A stretch of 20,000 bases of DNA from an uncultured virus (IMG/VR IMGVR_UViG_3300034198_023361) (IMGVR_UViG_3300034198_023361); one strand, 5' to 3'. Shown: positions 1 to 8,235, counted from the stretch's first letter. Numbers and translations are program-made. Notes: generated by a model not told the origin, from the sequence alone.

Positions 1-26
1 ATTTTGTCGGGCTCACGGGCGGAGGA

Positions 27-122
27 GCAGCAAATGCCACACGGGACGAAATTATGTCCTTGAAAGTTGCTGCAGAACCGCGGCTTCGGCCGTGGTAGGT
101 CCTGCGGACAGGGGATCGCAGG
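27..122 (+). other. Cluster of RNA hairpins, including a cUUCGg tetraloop stem-loop (possible structured leader, ncRNA or terminator)
   Basis: ACCGCGGC-TTCG-GCCGTGGT at 77-96. CCTGCGG/TCGCAGG at 101-107/116-122, followed by GGCTTTTG. GCAGCAA/TTGCTGC at 27-33/67-73 encloses GGGAC/GTCCT. Confidence 0.45.
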
Positions 123-169
123 GGCTTTTGACACATTTATAACATCAACAATTACAGGCGGTTAAAATC

Positions 170-526
170 ATGGGCGACGAAAATTTACATTCGTTGTCGG
201 TGCTTTTGAGCGCATTTGGCGCTTCTGCGTTTGCGGGTCTGGCAACGCTTTTGCGGTTTGCCAAGAAACTGTCTAAACTAGCTGTGATCAGCGCGATGCT
301 GAACGCCGGGTTTCTCGGTCTTGCCATCGCCCTGATTTGGTATCAAAACTATCGGAAAGCCGAAAACGTCTACGGCCTGATCGGCATTTGCGTGCTGGCG
401 GGTATGGGCGGGTCAACTTTAACGGATCTGGCAATATCGCTATTGTCTGGCGCCGGCATAAAAGTAACCATTGTGCACGAACGTGACCGCGAACAGGAGC
501 ACGAGCATGACAATGACCGTCCGTAA
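170..526 (+). CDS. Putative holin-like membrane protein (about 3 TM helices)
   Basis: 118 aa with three hydrophobic segments, an LAGMGG small-residue motif in the last helix, and a charged C-terminal tail (HERDREQEHEH). This resembles phage holin architecture. Confidence 0.5.
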   Translation: MGDENLHSLSVLLSAFGASAFAGLATLLRFAKKLSKLAVISAMLNAGFLGLAIALIWYQNYRKAENVYGLIGICVLAGMGGSTLTDLAISLLSGAGIKVTIVHERDREQEHEHDNDRP

Positions 527-656
527 ACAATTGAGCGTAGCCGCATGGGGCGCTTCTGCCGTGTTTTGCCTCTTGCTGTTGGTGTCCGCTTACGCGGCAG
601 TTTCTCGTCACGCGGTCGGAGGTATGACAACGCCAAGTATTAGCGCGACCCCGTGA
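507..656 (+). CDS. Small single-TM protein (49 aa)
   Basis: AGGAG at 495-499 precedes an in-frame ATG at 507. Hydrophobic stretch AAWGASAVFCLLLLVSAYAAV. Overlaps the end of the holin-like gene. Confidence 0.5.
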   Translation: MTMTVRKQLSVAAWGASAVFCLLLLVSAYAAVSRHAVGGMTTPSISATP

Positions 657-663
657 CCCGCAT

Positions 664-735
664 TGCCTGATAGCACAATGGTAGTGCACGGCACTGTTAA
701 TGCTGGGGTTGTAGGTTCGAGTCCTACTCAGGCAG
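664..735 (+). tRNA. tRNA-Asn (anticodon GTT), CCA not encoded
   Basis: Acceptor stem TGCCTGA/TCAGGCA, D-stem GCAC/GTGC, anticodon stem CGGCA/TGCTG with loop CTGTTAA (GTT at 696-698), T-arm GTAGG-TTCGAGT-CCTAC, discriminator G735. Confidence 0.95.
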
Positions 736-749
736 TTTGAAAGCGCGCT

Positions 750-2195
750 ATGGACAGCCTCTCAGCACTTGATCCGCTCTCGTGGGACCCGCAGTATTAT
801 CGCGAGCATCCCGCCTACGCCGCCGGCAACGCGCTCGGCTGGCTCTACCGCAGCGGCAACAAGCAGGCCGCCACAAGTTATCCGCTTGCTGGTCGGCTCT
901 ATCTCGCCAAATCTGGCTGGCTTTTGTTATCTGTACCGAATGCGCTCGTCCGCGGCGTATTTGACGCGTTAACCGAACCCGGCGTTGAATTACCGACTGC
1001 TGGCGTGTTTAACGTTCCAAACGTTAAGGGCGATCTGGTAAATGCGCATATATCAATCATGACGGCCGATGAGGTAGCATCTATCGGTGCTGACAAGATT
1101 AACGAGCGCGGCCACATGTTTGGCTACACGCTGGGCGGGCTGAAAGAAATCGACGTCAAAAACGTCAACGGTGTAAGCAAAGTTTGGGCAATTCAAGTTT
1201 CCGCCCCGGGACTTTCGGCGCTGCGAAAGAGTTACGGACTGTCGGCTCTTCCCAATGACGACCACCCGTTTCACATTACGGTCGCTGCCAGACGTAAAGG
1301 CGTCCTGCTCGACAACGGCAAGTCGAAGGGTTACGAAACCCCTGCCGAAACGACGGAAGGGCAGCGGTTTAGTAACCCCATCAGCAGGGGAGAGCTTAAA
1401 GCCGCCGCAGAACTTTCCCGCTCGGGACAAAACGACCTGTTACCGGGTGGAAAAGCCGATAATGTTCCCGATCGGGATTTTTCTGTACCAGCGTTAGCCG
1501 AAGGAGCTAAACATGAGCACGAACACACAAGAGACGATCAAATCGCCAAAGAAATTGCCAAGGATCATCTGCAAGAAGACCCGCTGTACTACGAAAAAAT
1601 CGAAAAAATAGAGAAGGGCGCGGAAGAAGAACCCAAAGTTAAGAAACCGAACACTCTCGACGAGTTGCGTGCGGCGAAAACCCACTCCGACCGCCGTGAA
1701 TACGATCGCAAGCACGAGATCTTGCGGCGATTAATCTCGCAATCGCCGCAGGATTGGAACGTCGATGATCCTAAGCCGAAATACAAAGGCATTACGCACG
1801 GCCCGACCAAGTTTCGGTTTCATGCGCCCGCCGGAGTGATCGGTTCGCAGGTTAAAGCCGCTGACAATAGTGTGTATGCGCAGCAGTTCCGCAACTTACT
1901 CGATCTGCGAACGCCGTTTGTATACGACCACAACAAACCAGTGTTCGCAAACGTGACAGACCATCTGCTCAAGGCTAAACAGCGGGGTGATTTCATTCTG
2001 GCGTCGCGACAGAAGTCGCATTTGTATCGCTCGATGCTCGATCCGCAGTATAGATATCAAATGGCGCAAGCCGCCGCGACCGGAACACTGCCGCAAATGA
2101 ACATGTTCGATAAGGCAACACAGCTATACGGCAATGACATCTTTGACACCATTCAAAACTGGGGGAAAAACAATGGAAACGCCGCTGCTCGATAA
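750..2195 (+). CDS. Modular protein: N-terminal 2H-phosphoesterase (LigT/Acb1-like) domain, DUF5661-like domain and two unknown segments
   Basis: Paired HxS/HxT motifs: HISI (1047-1058) and HITV (1272-1283). The segment GAKHEHEHTRDDQIAKEIAKDHLQEDPLYY (about 1437-1607) matches the E-x-EH...A.EIA.DHL.E.P.YY pattern I recall for DUF5661. No Cys. Confidence 0.7.
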   Translation: MDSLSALDPLSWDPQYYREHPAYAAGNALGWLYRSGNKQAATSYPLAGRLYLAKSGWLLLSVPNALVRGVFDALTEPGVELPTAGVFNVPNVKGDLVNAHISIMTADEVASIGADKINERGHMFGYTLGGLKEIDVKNVNGVSKVWAIQVSAPGLSALRKSYGLSALPNDDHPFHITVAARRKGVLLDNGKSKGYETPAETTEGQRFSNPISRGELKAAAELSRSGQNDLLPGGKADNVPDRDFSVPALAEGAKHEHEHTRDDQIAKEIAKDHLQEDPLYYEKIEKIEKGAEEEPKVKKPNTLDELRAAKTHSDRREYDRKHEILRRLISQSPQDWNVDDPKPKYKGITHGPTKFRFHAPAGVIGSQVKAADNSVYAQQFRNLLDLRTPFVYDHNKPVFANVTDHLLKAKQRGDFILASRQKSHLYRSMLDPQYRYQMAQAAATGTLPQMNMFDKATQLYGNDIFDTIQNWGKNNGNAAAR

Positions 2196-2445
2196 ACTGA
2201 CCGGTTGGATCTGGAAAAAAAAGACACCAGACGCGCCGCAACCAGCACCGCCGCCCACCCCGACTCCTGCGCCGACGCCGACTGTTGTGGATTACGTCAA
2301 AGCGTGGCGTTTGCTCAAAGAAATTCCTTTTCACAAGCTTGGGCGCGTTGTTAGCCTGAGCGGCGTGATTATTTTTTTCGCTATTAGCGGCGTGCTGGCG
2401 TGGCTGGCATTAGTTGCAAAATTTATGACAGGCATTGCCCGTTAA
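2173..2445 (+). CDS. Small membrane protein with a Pro/Thr linker
   Basis: ATG at 2173 follows GGGGGA. Contains PQPAPPPTPTPAPTPT and a C-terminal hydrophobic helix (VVSLSGVIIFFAISGVLAWLALVA). Confidence 0.65.
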   Translation: METPLLDKLTGWIWKKKTPDAPQPAPPPTPTPAPTPTVVDYVKAWRLLKEIPFHKLGRVVSLSGVIIFFAISGVLAWLALVAKFMTGIAR

Positions 2446-2449
2446 ATTT

Positions 2450-3490
2450 ATGACCGTAGCCCCAACTATTTACGAATGGCAGGCTGTTCCAGAGCGCGTC
2501 GCAACGCTCTTGCCGGTTGCGGTCCAGCTCAAAGTTGCGCACGAACAGACGGCGCTGAAATACGGTTTGCTGGCCACAACTGTGGCGACGTGGGAACCAG
2601 ACGTGGGCCTTGTTACGCTGTATGCGCCCGCGTGCACGACAAAACAGGCGACCGACAACTATATCGCTGCAATGCGCGACGCCGGGTACAGTTCTGCTGT
2701 TGTAACATACGGGCCTGCAGCCCCAGATCCCGCAGAAGAGATTATCGTCAAGGTGGGCTCAATGATCCCGGGCCTGTCTACGGTCTGGAACACCGGCAAC
2801 AAACTACTCGGCGGCCCGACGCCGTTATCAAACGGGTTAATGACGGGCCTGCTGGCTGGTGGTCTGGGTTACGGCGCCGGCGCACTGGCAGAGCAGTTTT
2901 TCCCGGAACGCTATCTGGAGCGCGGGAAACTGCGCCGGACGCTCGGTCTGATGGGCGCGCTAAGCGGCGTAGGGCTTGCCGGGCTCAATTCATATGCAAA
3001 CGCCAAGGCCATGCGGACGAGCATGTTGCGCGGGCTGCTTACAAATAACAAAACACCCGTCACGTATCCGTACGAAGAAGAGATGCTGAAAAAATCTTTT
3101 TCGCCGCCGGGCGGGCAGACTGGTGCGTTTTCAAACGAGCCGATGTTTGCGCCCACGGTGTCAGTGCCGCAGTTCAATAGTGCGGCGTGGCAGGATGTAA
3201 ACATGGGTATGTACCGCGGATTTCAAAACCACACACCGCCGCAATTCGCAGCGGCAACTACTGGGCTAATGAGCGGAATCAGCACAAACATGCGCTCGCC
3301 AATTATTCGTCCGGTTGACGTAATTAACGGTATTGCGTCTGCCGGAGTTGGGCTGGCCACAGCTACGGTGGCTGGCAAAGCTCTTTCTGCGCTGGCTGGG
3401 TTAACGCCGGCCGGCCAAGCTAAATTACAAGATATGGGCCTGTGGGGCGGGATGATGCACGCCATTGTCCCGAGCCTGTTTGGCCGATAA
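2450..3490 (+). CDS. Hypothetical protein with Gly-zipper hydrophobic helices (possible virion internal/ejection protein)
   Basis: Long ORF; ATG at 2450 follows the upstream stop at 2445. Contains GLLAGGLGYGAGALA, GLMGALSGVGLAGL and ASAGVGLATATVAG. Confidence 0.7.
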   Translation: MTVAPTIYEWQAVPERVATLLPVAVQLKVAHEQTALKYGLLATTVATWEPDVGLVTLYAPACTTKQATDNYIAAMRDAGYSSAVVTYGPAAPDPAEEIIVKVGSMIPGLSTVWNTGNKLLGGPTPLSNGLMTGLLAGGLGYGAGALAEQFFPERYLERGKLRRTLGLMGALSGVGLAGLNSYANAKAMRTSMLRGLLTNNKTPVTYPYEEEMLKKSFSPPGGQTGAFSNEPMFAPTVSVPQFNSAAWQDVNMGMYRGFQNHTPPQFAAATTGLMSGISTNMRSPIIRPVDVINGIASAGVGLATATVAGKALSALAGLTPAGQAKLQDMGLWGGMMHAIVPSLFGR

Positions 3491-3496
3491 CGCGTG

Positions 3497-3524
3497 TTGC
3501 ATGTTATTTGCGGCCCGGTACAAT
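3497..3524 (+). promoter_or_regulatory. Sigma70-like promoter candidate
   Basis: Intergenic TTGCAT (3497-3502), 16-nt spacer, TACAAT (3519-3524). Followed by RBS AGGAG (3544-3548) and ATG at 3554. Confidence 0.5.
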
Positions 3525-3553
3525 ACGACCACGTCTTTTTTTTAGGAGAAGTT

Positions 3554-3925
3554 ATGGCTACCAAAAAAAGTGTTGAAACTGTTCGTGAAGAACTGCGAGT
3601 GCTCAATGCCGCTGCTGACGACGCCAACGTAGATTCAAACAACTGGCTGACACCCGAGTTTTGGACAATGGTGACTGTTGCTGTCACAAACCTGATCGCC
3701 GTAGGTGTATTAATCGGCTGGGTCGACAGTACGCAGGCTGAAGTGCTGACAAAAGCGCTGACCGCCATTGTGGGAGCGACGCAGATTGTTGTGCTCAATA
3801 GCGCGCTGGTCTGGAAATTTATCGCTAGCCGCACCGAGATTCGTGCGCAGATGATCGACGCGCGGTATCGCTACATGGAAGCGGTTGCCGTCGAGAAGAT
3901 GCGCGCTGAACGGACGGCCAACTGA
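3554..3925 (+). CDS. Two-TM membrane protein (holin-like)
   Basis: RBS AGGAG. WLTPEFW precedes two hydrophobic helices, and the C-terminus is charged. Confidence 0.65.
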   Translation: MATKKSVETVREELRVLNAAADDANVDSNNWLTPEFWTMVTVAVTNLIAVGVLIGWVDSTQAEVLTKALTAIVGATQIVVLNSALVWKFIASRTEIRAQMIDARYRYMEAVAVEKMRAERTAN

Positions 3926-4329
3926 TGACTACAGAAGAACTGCAGCGCCGCGTGAACGAGTCGCCTGCGCTGGCAGCCCTGAGAGACAGGCTCACGGACG
4001 AGCTTGTCGCTCAGGGTAACAACTCGTATCAGTTTGATCCGATCACCATCATCATGATTATTTCGATCTTGGTGCAGGTGATCATTCACTGCAAAGAAAA
4101 GAATGCGGAAGACGCAATCCAGCAGAACATGCGCGAGTTACGAACGCTTCCTCCGCGCAAGCTGATGCGGCTTCGGCGGCGTTTAAACAACGTGTGGCGC
4201 GAGCATTGCGCGAAGACAGGCGTTGAATATACGGCTGATAATCCTGTAGTTCGCGCCGTCTATACGTTGAGTGATACAATTGATGATGCCGCGGCTACTG
4301 GCCTCATGGAGTTGGCCGCCGCGCAATAA
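3925..4329 (+). CDS. Hypothetical protein with one hydrophobic segment
   Basis: TGATG coupling to the upstream gene. Contains FDPITIIMIISILVQVIIHC. Confidence 0.75.
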   Translation: MTTEELQRRVNESPALAALRDRLTDELVAQGNNSYQFDPITIIMIISILVQVIIHCKEKNAEDAIQQNMRELRTLPPRKLMRLRRRLNNVWREHCAKTGVEYTADNPVVRAVYTLSDTIDDAAATGLMELAAAQ

Positions 4330-4349
4330 CATCTGCAAGGACGCGCACG

Positions 4350-5177
4350 ATGGCACGGAAGCCAACAAATCAAGCCAGCGAGTCTCATGTTCTGCCGATT
4401 AGCGAAATTTTGCGCCGGCTCCACACGCTGGGGTATTTCGGCGACAAAACGCTGGCGCAGGTCAAGAAACTCAAAGGCGCTGAACTACAGAAAGCGGTTC
4501 GGGCGTTTCAGGAATTCAACGGCCTGAACCCGACGGGCACGGTCGGCCCCAAGACCGCGCACCGCATCAATCGCCGGCGCTGCGGGCTGCCTGATTTCAA
4601 TATCACAGCTCCCGGCGGCGATCCGTGCAAATGGCCGATGCCGAACATCTCGTACTATCACGAGATTCATCTACCCGGGCTCACCACGACTCAAGTAGCC
4701 GAAGCGTACGACATTGCGTTTTCGCAGTGGGCCGAGGTGTGTGCGATTGATCCGACGCGCGTTGATACGGCAAACAAAGCGAACATTTATGCGCGCTCCG
4801 GCATGGGCAAAAAGAACGGTTTAGATAATAAAGGCGGCACGTTGGCGTGGAGTGAGCTGCCGTGCGGAGTTGCCGAGAATGTGCAGCTTGATCAAATGTT
4901 TGACGAAGCCGAAGACTGGTCATTCAACATGGCCGTTGCCGTTATCTGCCACGAACTTGGTCACGCGCTCGGGTTGCCGCATTTAAACGCCGGCAACCTG
5001 ATGGCCCCCTACTACGATCCGAATGTTACAAAACCGAAAGAAGGCGACATCTCGGAGATCATCAAGCTGTACGGAAAACGCACAAAAGCGTATCCGATTA
5101 CAAAAGATGCCGGATTACAAATTAATGGCACGATCCTTATCAATGGTCGTCCGTATGTACTTGTTCCAAAAACGTGA
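4350..5177 (+). CDS. Matrixin (M10/MMP-like) zinc metalloprotease with a PG-binding-like prodomain and cysteine switch
   Basis: PG-binding-like segment AVRAFQEFNGLNPTGTVG, cysteine switch RCGLPD (4578-4595), zinc motif HELGHALGLPH (4950-4982), Met-turn LMAPYY. Confidence 0.9.
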   Translation: MARKPTNQASESHVLPISEILRRLHTLGYFGDKTLAQVKKLKGAELQKAVRAFQEFNGLNPTGTVGPKTAHRINRRRCGLPDFNITAPGGDPCKWPMPNISYYHEIHLPGLTTTQVAEAYDIAFSQWAEVCAIDPTRVDTANKANIYARSGMGKKNGLDNKGGTLAWSELPCGVAENVQLDQMFDEAEDWSFNMAVAVICHELGHALGLPHLNAGNLMAPYYDPNVTKPKEGDISEIIKLYGKRTKAYPITKDAGLQINGTILINGRPYVLVPKT

Positions 5178-5183
5178 TAAAAT
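5175..5183 (+). promoter_or_regulatory. Extended -10 promoter candidate
   Basis: TG-A-TAAAAT overlapping the matrixin stop, followed by an AT-rich spacer and GGAGG (5204-5208). Confidence 0.3.
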
Positions 5184-5212
5184 AAATACAACGCGCTAAC
5201 ACTGGAGGTATT

Positions 5213-5506
5213 ATGACAACGTTTCAGCTTTTATCCGCGGCGGTTTTTGCCGCCGTTTTACTCGTCGCGTATCGCAAAGAACTACTGGCAAAACTGAAGG
5301 GCGTAAATACTAGCTCTTCGGTCGCCACGTCGAATGCGCCCACCGTTCACGACTCAATTGCCGTGCCGCTTGTGGACGACATTCTGGCCGTGACCCGCCT
5401 GCGTGACAAGCTGGCCGCCGAGGATTGCAAGGCTGGCGTTGAAGCCTGCACCGCGTTGCTGCGCGTGATTGTGGAGTACGAACAACCGTCAAAGGGTGTT
5501 GTATGA
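5213..5506 (+). CDS. Hypothetical protein with an N-terminal membrane anchor
   Basis: GGAGG RBS. Hydrophobic LLSAAVFAAVLLVAY followed by basic residues. Confidence 0.75.
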   Translation: MTTFQLLSAAVFAAVLLVAYRKELLAKLKGVNTSSSVATSNAPTVHDSIAVPLVDDILAVTRLRDKLAAEDCKAGVEACTALLRVIVEYEQPSKGVV

Positions 5507-5931
5507 AAAAGATTGTTTGGGTTGCTGGTTTGCTGCTTTTGCTGTCGGTTGTATTTCCGAACGGTTTGTCGCTAACGAACCCCGTCAATACAAAACCACC
5601 CGGCGCAACAGACGCGAAGATTGTCGAGCTATTGTCGAAGGCCGACGCCGCCGACAAAGCGCGCGTCGAGGGCGTGTACAGCGGGCTGGTTTACGTTTTG
5701 AAGCGCGACAACGGCGGCCGCGTCACGACAACTGAAAAGTGGGAAGAAGTACAACAAAACACGCTTGATCTAGCGATTGAAACGGTCGGTAAGTACCCCG
5801 GGCTCGACGAAGCAATTGAGTCGGTGTTTTTAAAGGCCGTCGGTACCGATGACGTTATGCCGAACAACCCGGAAGTGCTCGCTAAATTAATCGCGGCGTG
5901 CGAAACTATTGCTAACTCGGCCGCAAAGTAA
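5503..5931 (+). CDS. Secreted or membrane-anchored hypothetical protein
   Basis: ATGA overlap with the upstream gene. Signal-like N-terminus MKKIVWVAGLLLLLSVVFP. Confidence 0.75.
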   Translation: MKKIVWVAGLLLLLSVVFPNGLSLTNPVNTKPPGATDAKIVELLSKADAADKARVEGVYSGLVYVLKRDNGGRVTTTEKWEEVQQNTLDLAIETVGKYPGLDEAIESVFLKAVGTDDVMPNNPEVLAKLIAACETIANSAAK

Positions 5932-5949
5932 CAATGTCGGAGCGCCGCC

Positions 5950-6972
5950 ATGTCGACAGAGCATTTTTTTGACCACGTCTATGATGTTGTGGCAGCGTAT
6001 GAAACGGGCTTTGTGGGGGCGTACGCCAATCACGAAGCCGCCGCGGCGCTACGCGATCAGATTCAATCCGCCGGTGGTATCCCCGACGGTGCCATGGCAT
6101 GCTCGGCATTTAAACTCGAAGAAACTGGCAAAGGTAAATTAAGCTTGCCGTTTCTTGAAATTTTGAAGCTTTACCCGGATTCGCTTCCGGGCGGCGCACA
6201 GGGCCGCGGCGACTGCGTAAGTTGGTCGACCCGCAATGCCTGTCTTGGCACAATGTGCTGCGAGATTACTAGCGGCGTGCCAGACCCCAACAGCAGTAAG
6301 CTAGAGGGCGCGCCGGAAGTAAGCGATACCGCGCGTTTAAACGGCGTGCTCAGCACGGAAGCGTTTTACAACTGGCGCCGGCACGGTGGCGACGGTTGGA
6401 GCTGTGCCGAAGCGGCCCAAGTTGCGCTTAACGACTCTGGCCTTTGGCTGCGAAAAAAGTACGACGAGATTGATGTCGATTTTACGCAGTACAGCTCACG
6501 CAATGCCGGTATTTACGGTAGCAAAACACCGCCTGAGTCGTGGCGCAAGGTCGGCGAAAATCACCGCGTGCAGACTATCACGGAAGTCGAAACATACGAA
6601 GCACTGCGCGATTTACTTGCCAACGGTTACTGCATTAGTAGCTGCGGGAGTGAAGGATTTTCAGCAGATCGTGATACAAACGGCGTAAGTTCACGTCGTG
6701 GAAGTTGGGCCCATGCCCTTGCCTATCTGGCTGTCGACGACCGCGTAGAAATTATTAAACTCTACGGCGAGCCGCTTGTATTAGTTCAAAACAGCTGGGG
6801 CGCGTGGAATGGTGGAAGCCGCCGTATTTTTGGTACTGTCGTTGACATTCCTGTTGGCTCTTTCTGGGCTAAATGGTCTGATCTCAAAAATCGATACATG
6901 GTGGCGATCTCGGGAGTAAACGGCTGGCCGCCGAAGAAACTGGCCAGTTACGGCGCCCGCGGCCACATCTAA
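5950..6972 (+). CDS. Papain-like (C1 family) cysteine protease
   Basis: Oxyanion Gln and catalytic Cys in QGRGDCVSW (6199-6225), catalytic His in WAHAL (6712), Asn in VQNSWG (6790). Confidence 0.85.
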   Translation: MSTEHFFDHVYDVVAAYETGFVGAYANHEAAAALRDQIQSAGGIPDGAMACSAFKLEETGKGKLSLPFLEILKLYPDSLPGGAQGRGDCVSWSTRNACLGTMCCEITSGVPDPNSSKLEGAPEVSDTARLNGVLSTEAFYNWRRHGGDGWSCAEAAQVALNDSGLWLRKKYDEIDVDFTQYSSRNAGIYGSKTPPESWRKVGENHRVQTITEVETYEALRDLLANGYCISSCGSEGFSADRDTNGVSSRRGSWAHALAYLAVDDRVEIIKLYGEPLVLVQNSWGAWNGGSRRIFGTVVDIPVGSFWAKWSDLKNRYMVAISGVNGWPPKKLASYGARGHI

Positions 6973-7011
6973 TCAAGACGATTAACACACCGACGGGTAG
7001 CGAGTAAAATT

Positions 7012-7368
7012 ATGTTTGAATGGCTTATGTTATTTTTTCCGGTGACATATGCAGAACCGCCCAAAAAAGACTATATCGGGATGGTCGCTGCAGAGGTTGC
7101 TTATTCTGCTCTGCTTCCTGATGCGCCGGTAGTTAAACCGCTGGTCGACACCAAGGATTGCAAGCGCTGCGGCGGTACCGGCAAGATCCGCACCGGCGAC
7201 ACCATCAGCTGGACGGACTGCCCGGACTGCGAGCCAAAAGACGGCGCGCCAAAGGGAAACGTAAAAGAATCGGCGCCGCTGCCTTCGATGAAGCTGCAAG
7301 TTAAACCGCTTCCGCCGGTAAAAACAAGCGACTGCGAAAACGGCGTTTGTCCTATTCCTCGTACGTAA
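7012..7368 (+). CDS. Putative exported Cys-rich protein with a DnaJ-type zinc-finger motif
   Basis: Hydrophobic N-terminus, CKRCGGTG...CPDC, and C-terminal CENGVCP. Confidence 0.7.
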   Translation: MFEWLMLFFPVTYAEPPKKDYIGMVAAEVAYSALLPDAPVVKPLVDTKDCKRCGGTGKIRTGDTISWTDCPDCEPKDGAPKGNVKESAPLPSMKLQVKPLPPVKTSDCENGVCPIPRT

Positions 7369-7376
7369 GGTGTTGA

Positions 7377-7871
7377 ATGCCCGCCGCTCACGGATCGACC
7401 GGGAAGTGCTACAGCTATCGCGGTTTAAAATTTTACGCCAAAAACGGCTTTATCTGCCTTCATGACGAATCTACCGGCGAGTTTTACGTTCTGACACGCC
7501 GAGAGTTTCTGCAGCGCGCGCAGGCGATTAGCGACGAGGCAAAACGCCTGCGAACGATTGCGGCTGACAACCCCGGCAAGGCCGCGTGGTTATCGGCAGA
7601 CCGCGCCGAATTACAGCAGGCAATTGATAATATGGTTGCTGTTACAAAAGAAGCCAAAGAACAGGGCGATCGGGACGATCCTGCGGTAGACGCGTGGTTT
7701 ATGCGACACCGCCCGGGCAGAAAGAGTAAGATATCGATGGCCAGCGGCGCTAATTTTACATCAGCGCTGCCGGGCGCGTTACCGCTTGGTAAGGATACCG
7801 GCAAGCACGTAACACCCGACTTCACTGTCGGGGCGCCAACCAAAAAACTTATTTTGCCCGGAGATTTCTGA
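7377..7871 (+). CDS. Hypothetical protein
   Basis: 164-aa ORF filling the gap between co-directional genes, with AAGGTG upstream. Confidence 0.7.
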   Translation: MPAAHGSTGKCYSYRGLKFYAKNGFICLHDESTGEFYVLTRREFLQRAQAISDEAKRLRTIAADNPGKAAWLSADRAELQQAIDNMVAVTKEAKEQGDRDDPAVDAWFMRHRPGRKSKISMASGANFTSALPGALPLGKDTGKHVTPDFTVGAPTKKLILPGDF

Positions 7872-7872
7872 C

Positions 7873-8232
7873 ATGGATGTCACCGAAAAAGAAGCATTTA
7901 AGCTGGGGTTTCTCCAACGTTGCGCGGAAGAACAATTGACAGGGCCCACGCTGGAATCGCGCATCAAGGCCGCGGAAGCTTTTGTAAAAGGCGCCGCGCT
8001 CCAGCTCCCCTCAATGTCTGATTCGTGGCAGGCGCTGGGTAACGTCGCGTACGCGCCGCTTATGCTGGCCACTGTTGGCGGCGGTCTAGCCGGGCATCTC
8101 GCCGGCAAGATGACGGAGCCAGACGTCGACGAAGAAGACCTGAAAGCCCGCGAACTGGCCGCTGCTTACAAAGCGTACGCGGCCCGAGCCAAGACCAACA
8201 AGAAGTTACGTCTCTACCGTCCAGAAAGGTAA
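7873..8232 (+). CDS. Hypothetical protein with a Gly-zipper helix
   Basis: Contains LMLATVGGGLAGHLAG after a KGAA motif. Confidence 0.75.
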   Translation: MDVTEKEAFKLGFLQRCAEEQLTGPTLESRIKAAEAFVKGAALQLPSMSDSWQALGNVAYAPLMLATVGGGLAGHLAGKMTEPDVDEEDLKARELAAAYKAYAARAKTNKKLRLYRPER

Positions 8233-8235
8233 TTT

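Noticed and set aside
128..168. Complete sigma70 promoter from TTGACA at 128-133
   Set aside because: No acceptable -10 hexamer at 16-18 nt spacing. TAAAAT at 163-168 is too far from it.
3494..3553. Longer ORF-track starts (3494; likewise 471, 2134, 2435, 16763)
   Set aside because: Downstream starts at 3554, 507, 2173 and 16802 have better RBS placement. The start at 2450 avoids an overlap with the upstream gene.
7012..7368. dnaJ chaperone gene
   Set aside because: No J-domain or HPD motif; only one zinc-finger-like unit is present.
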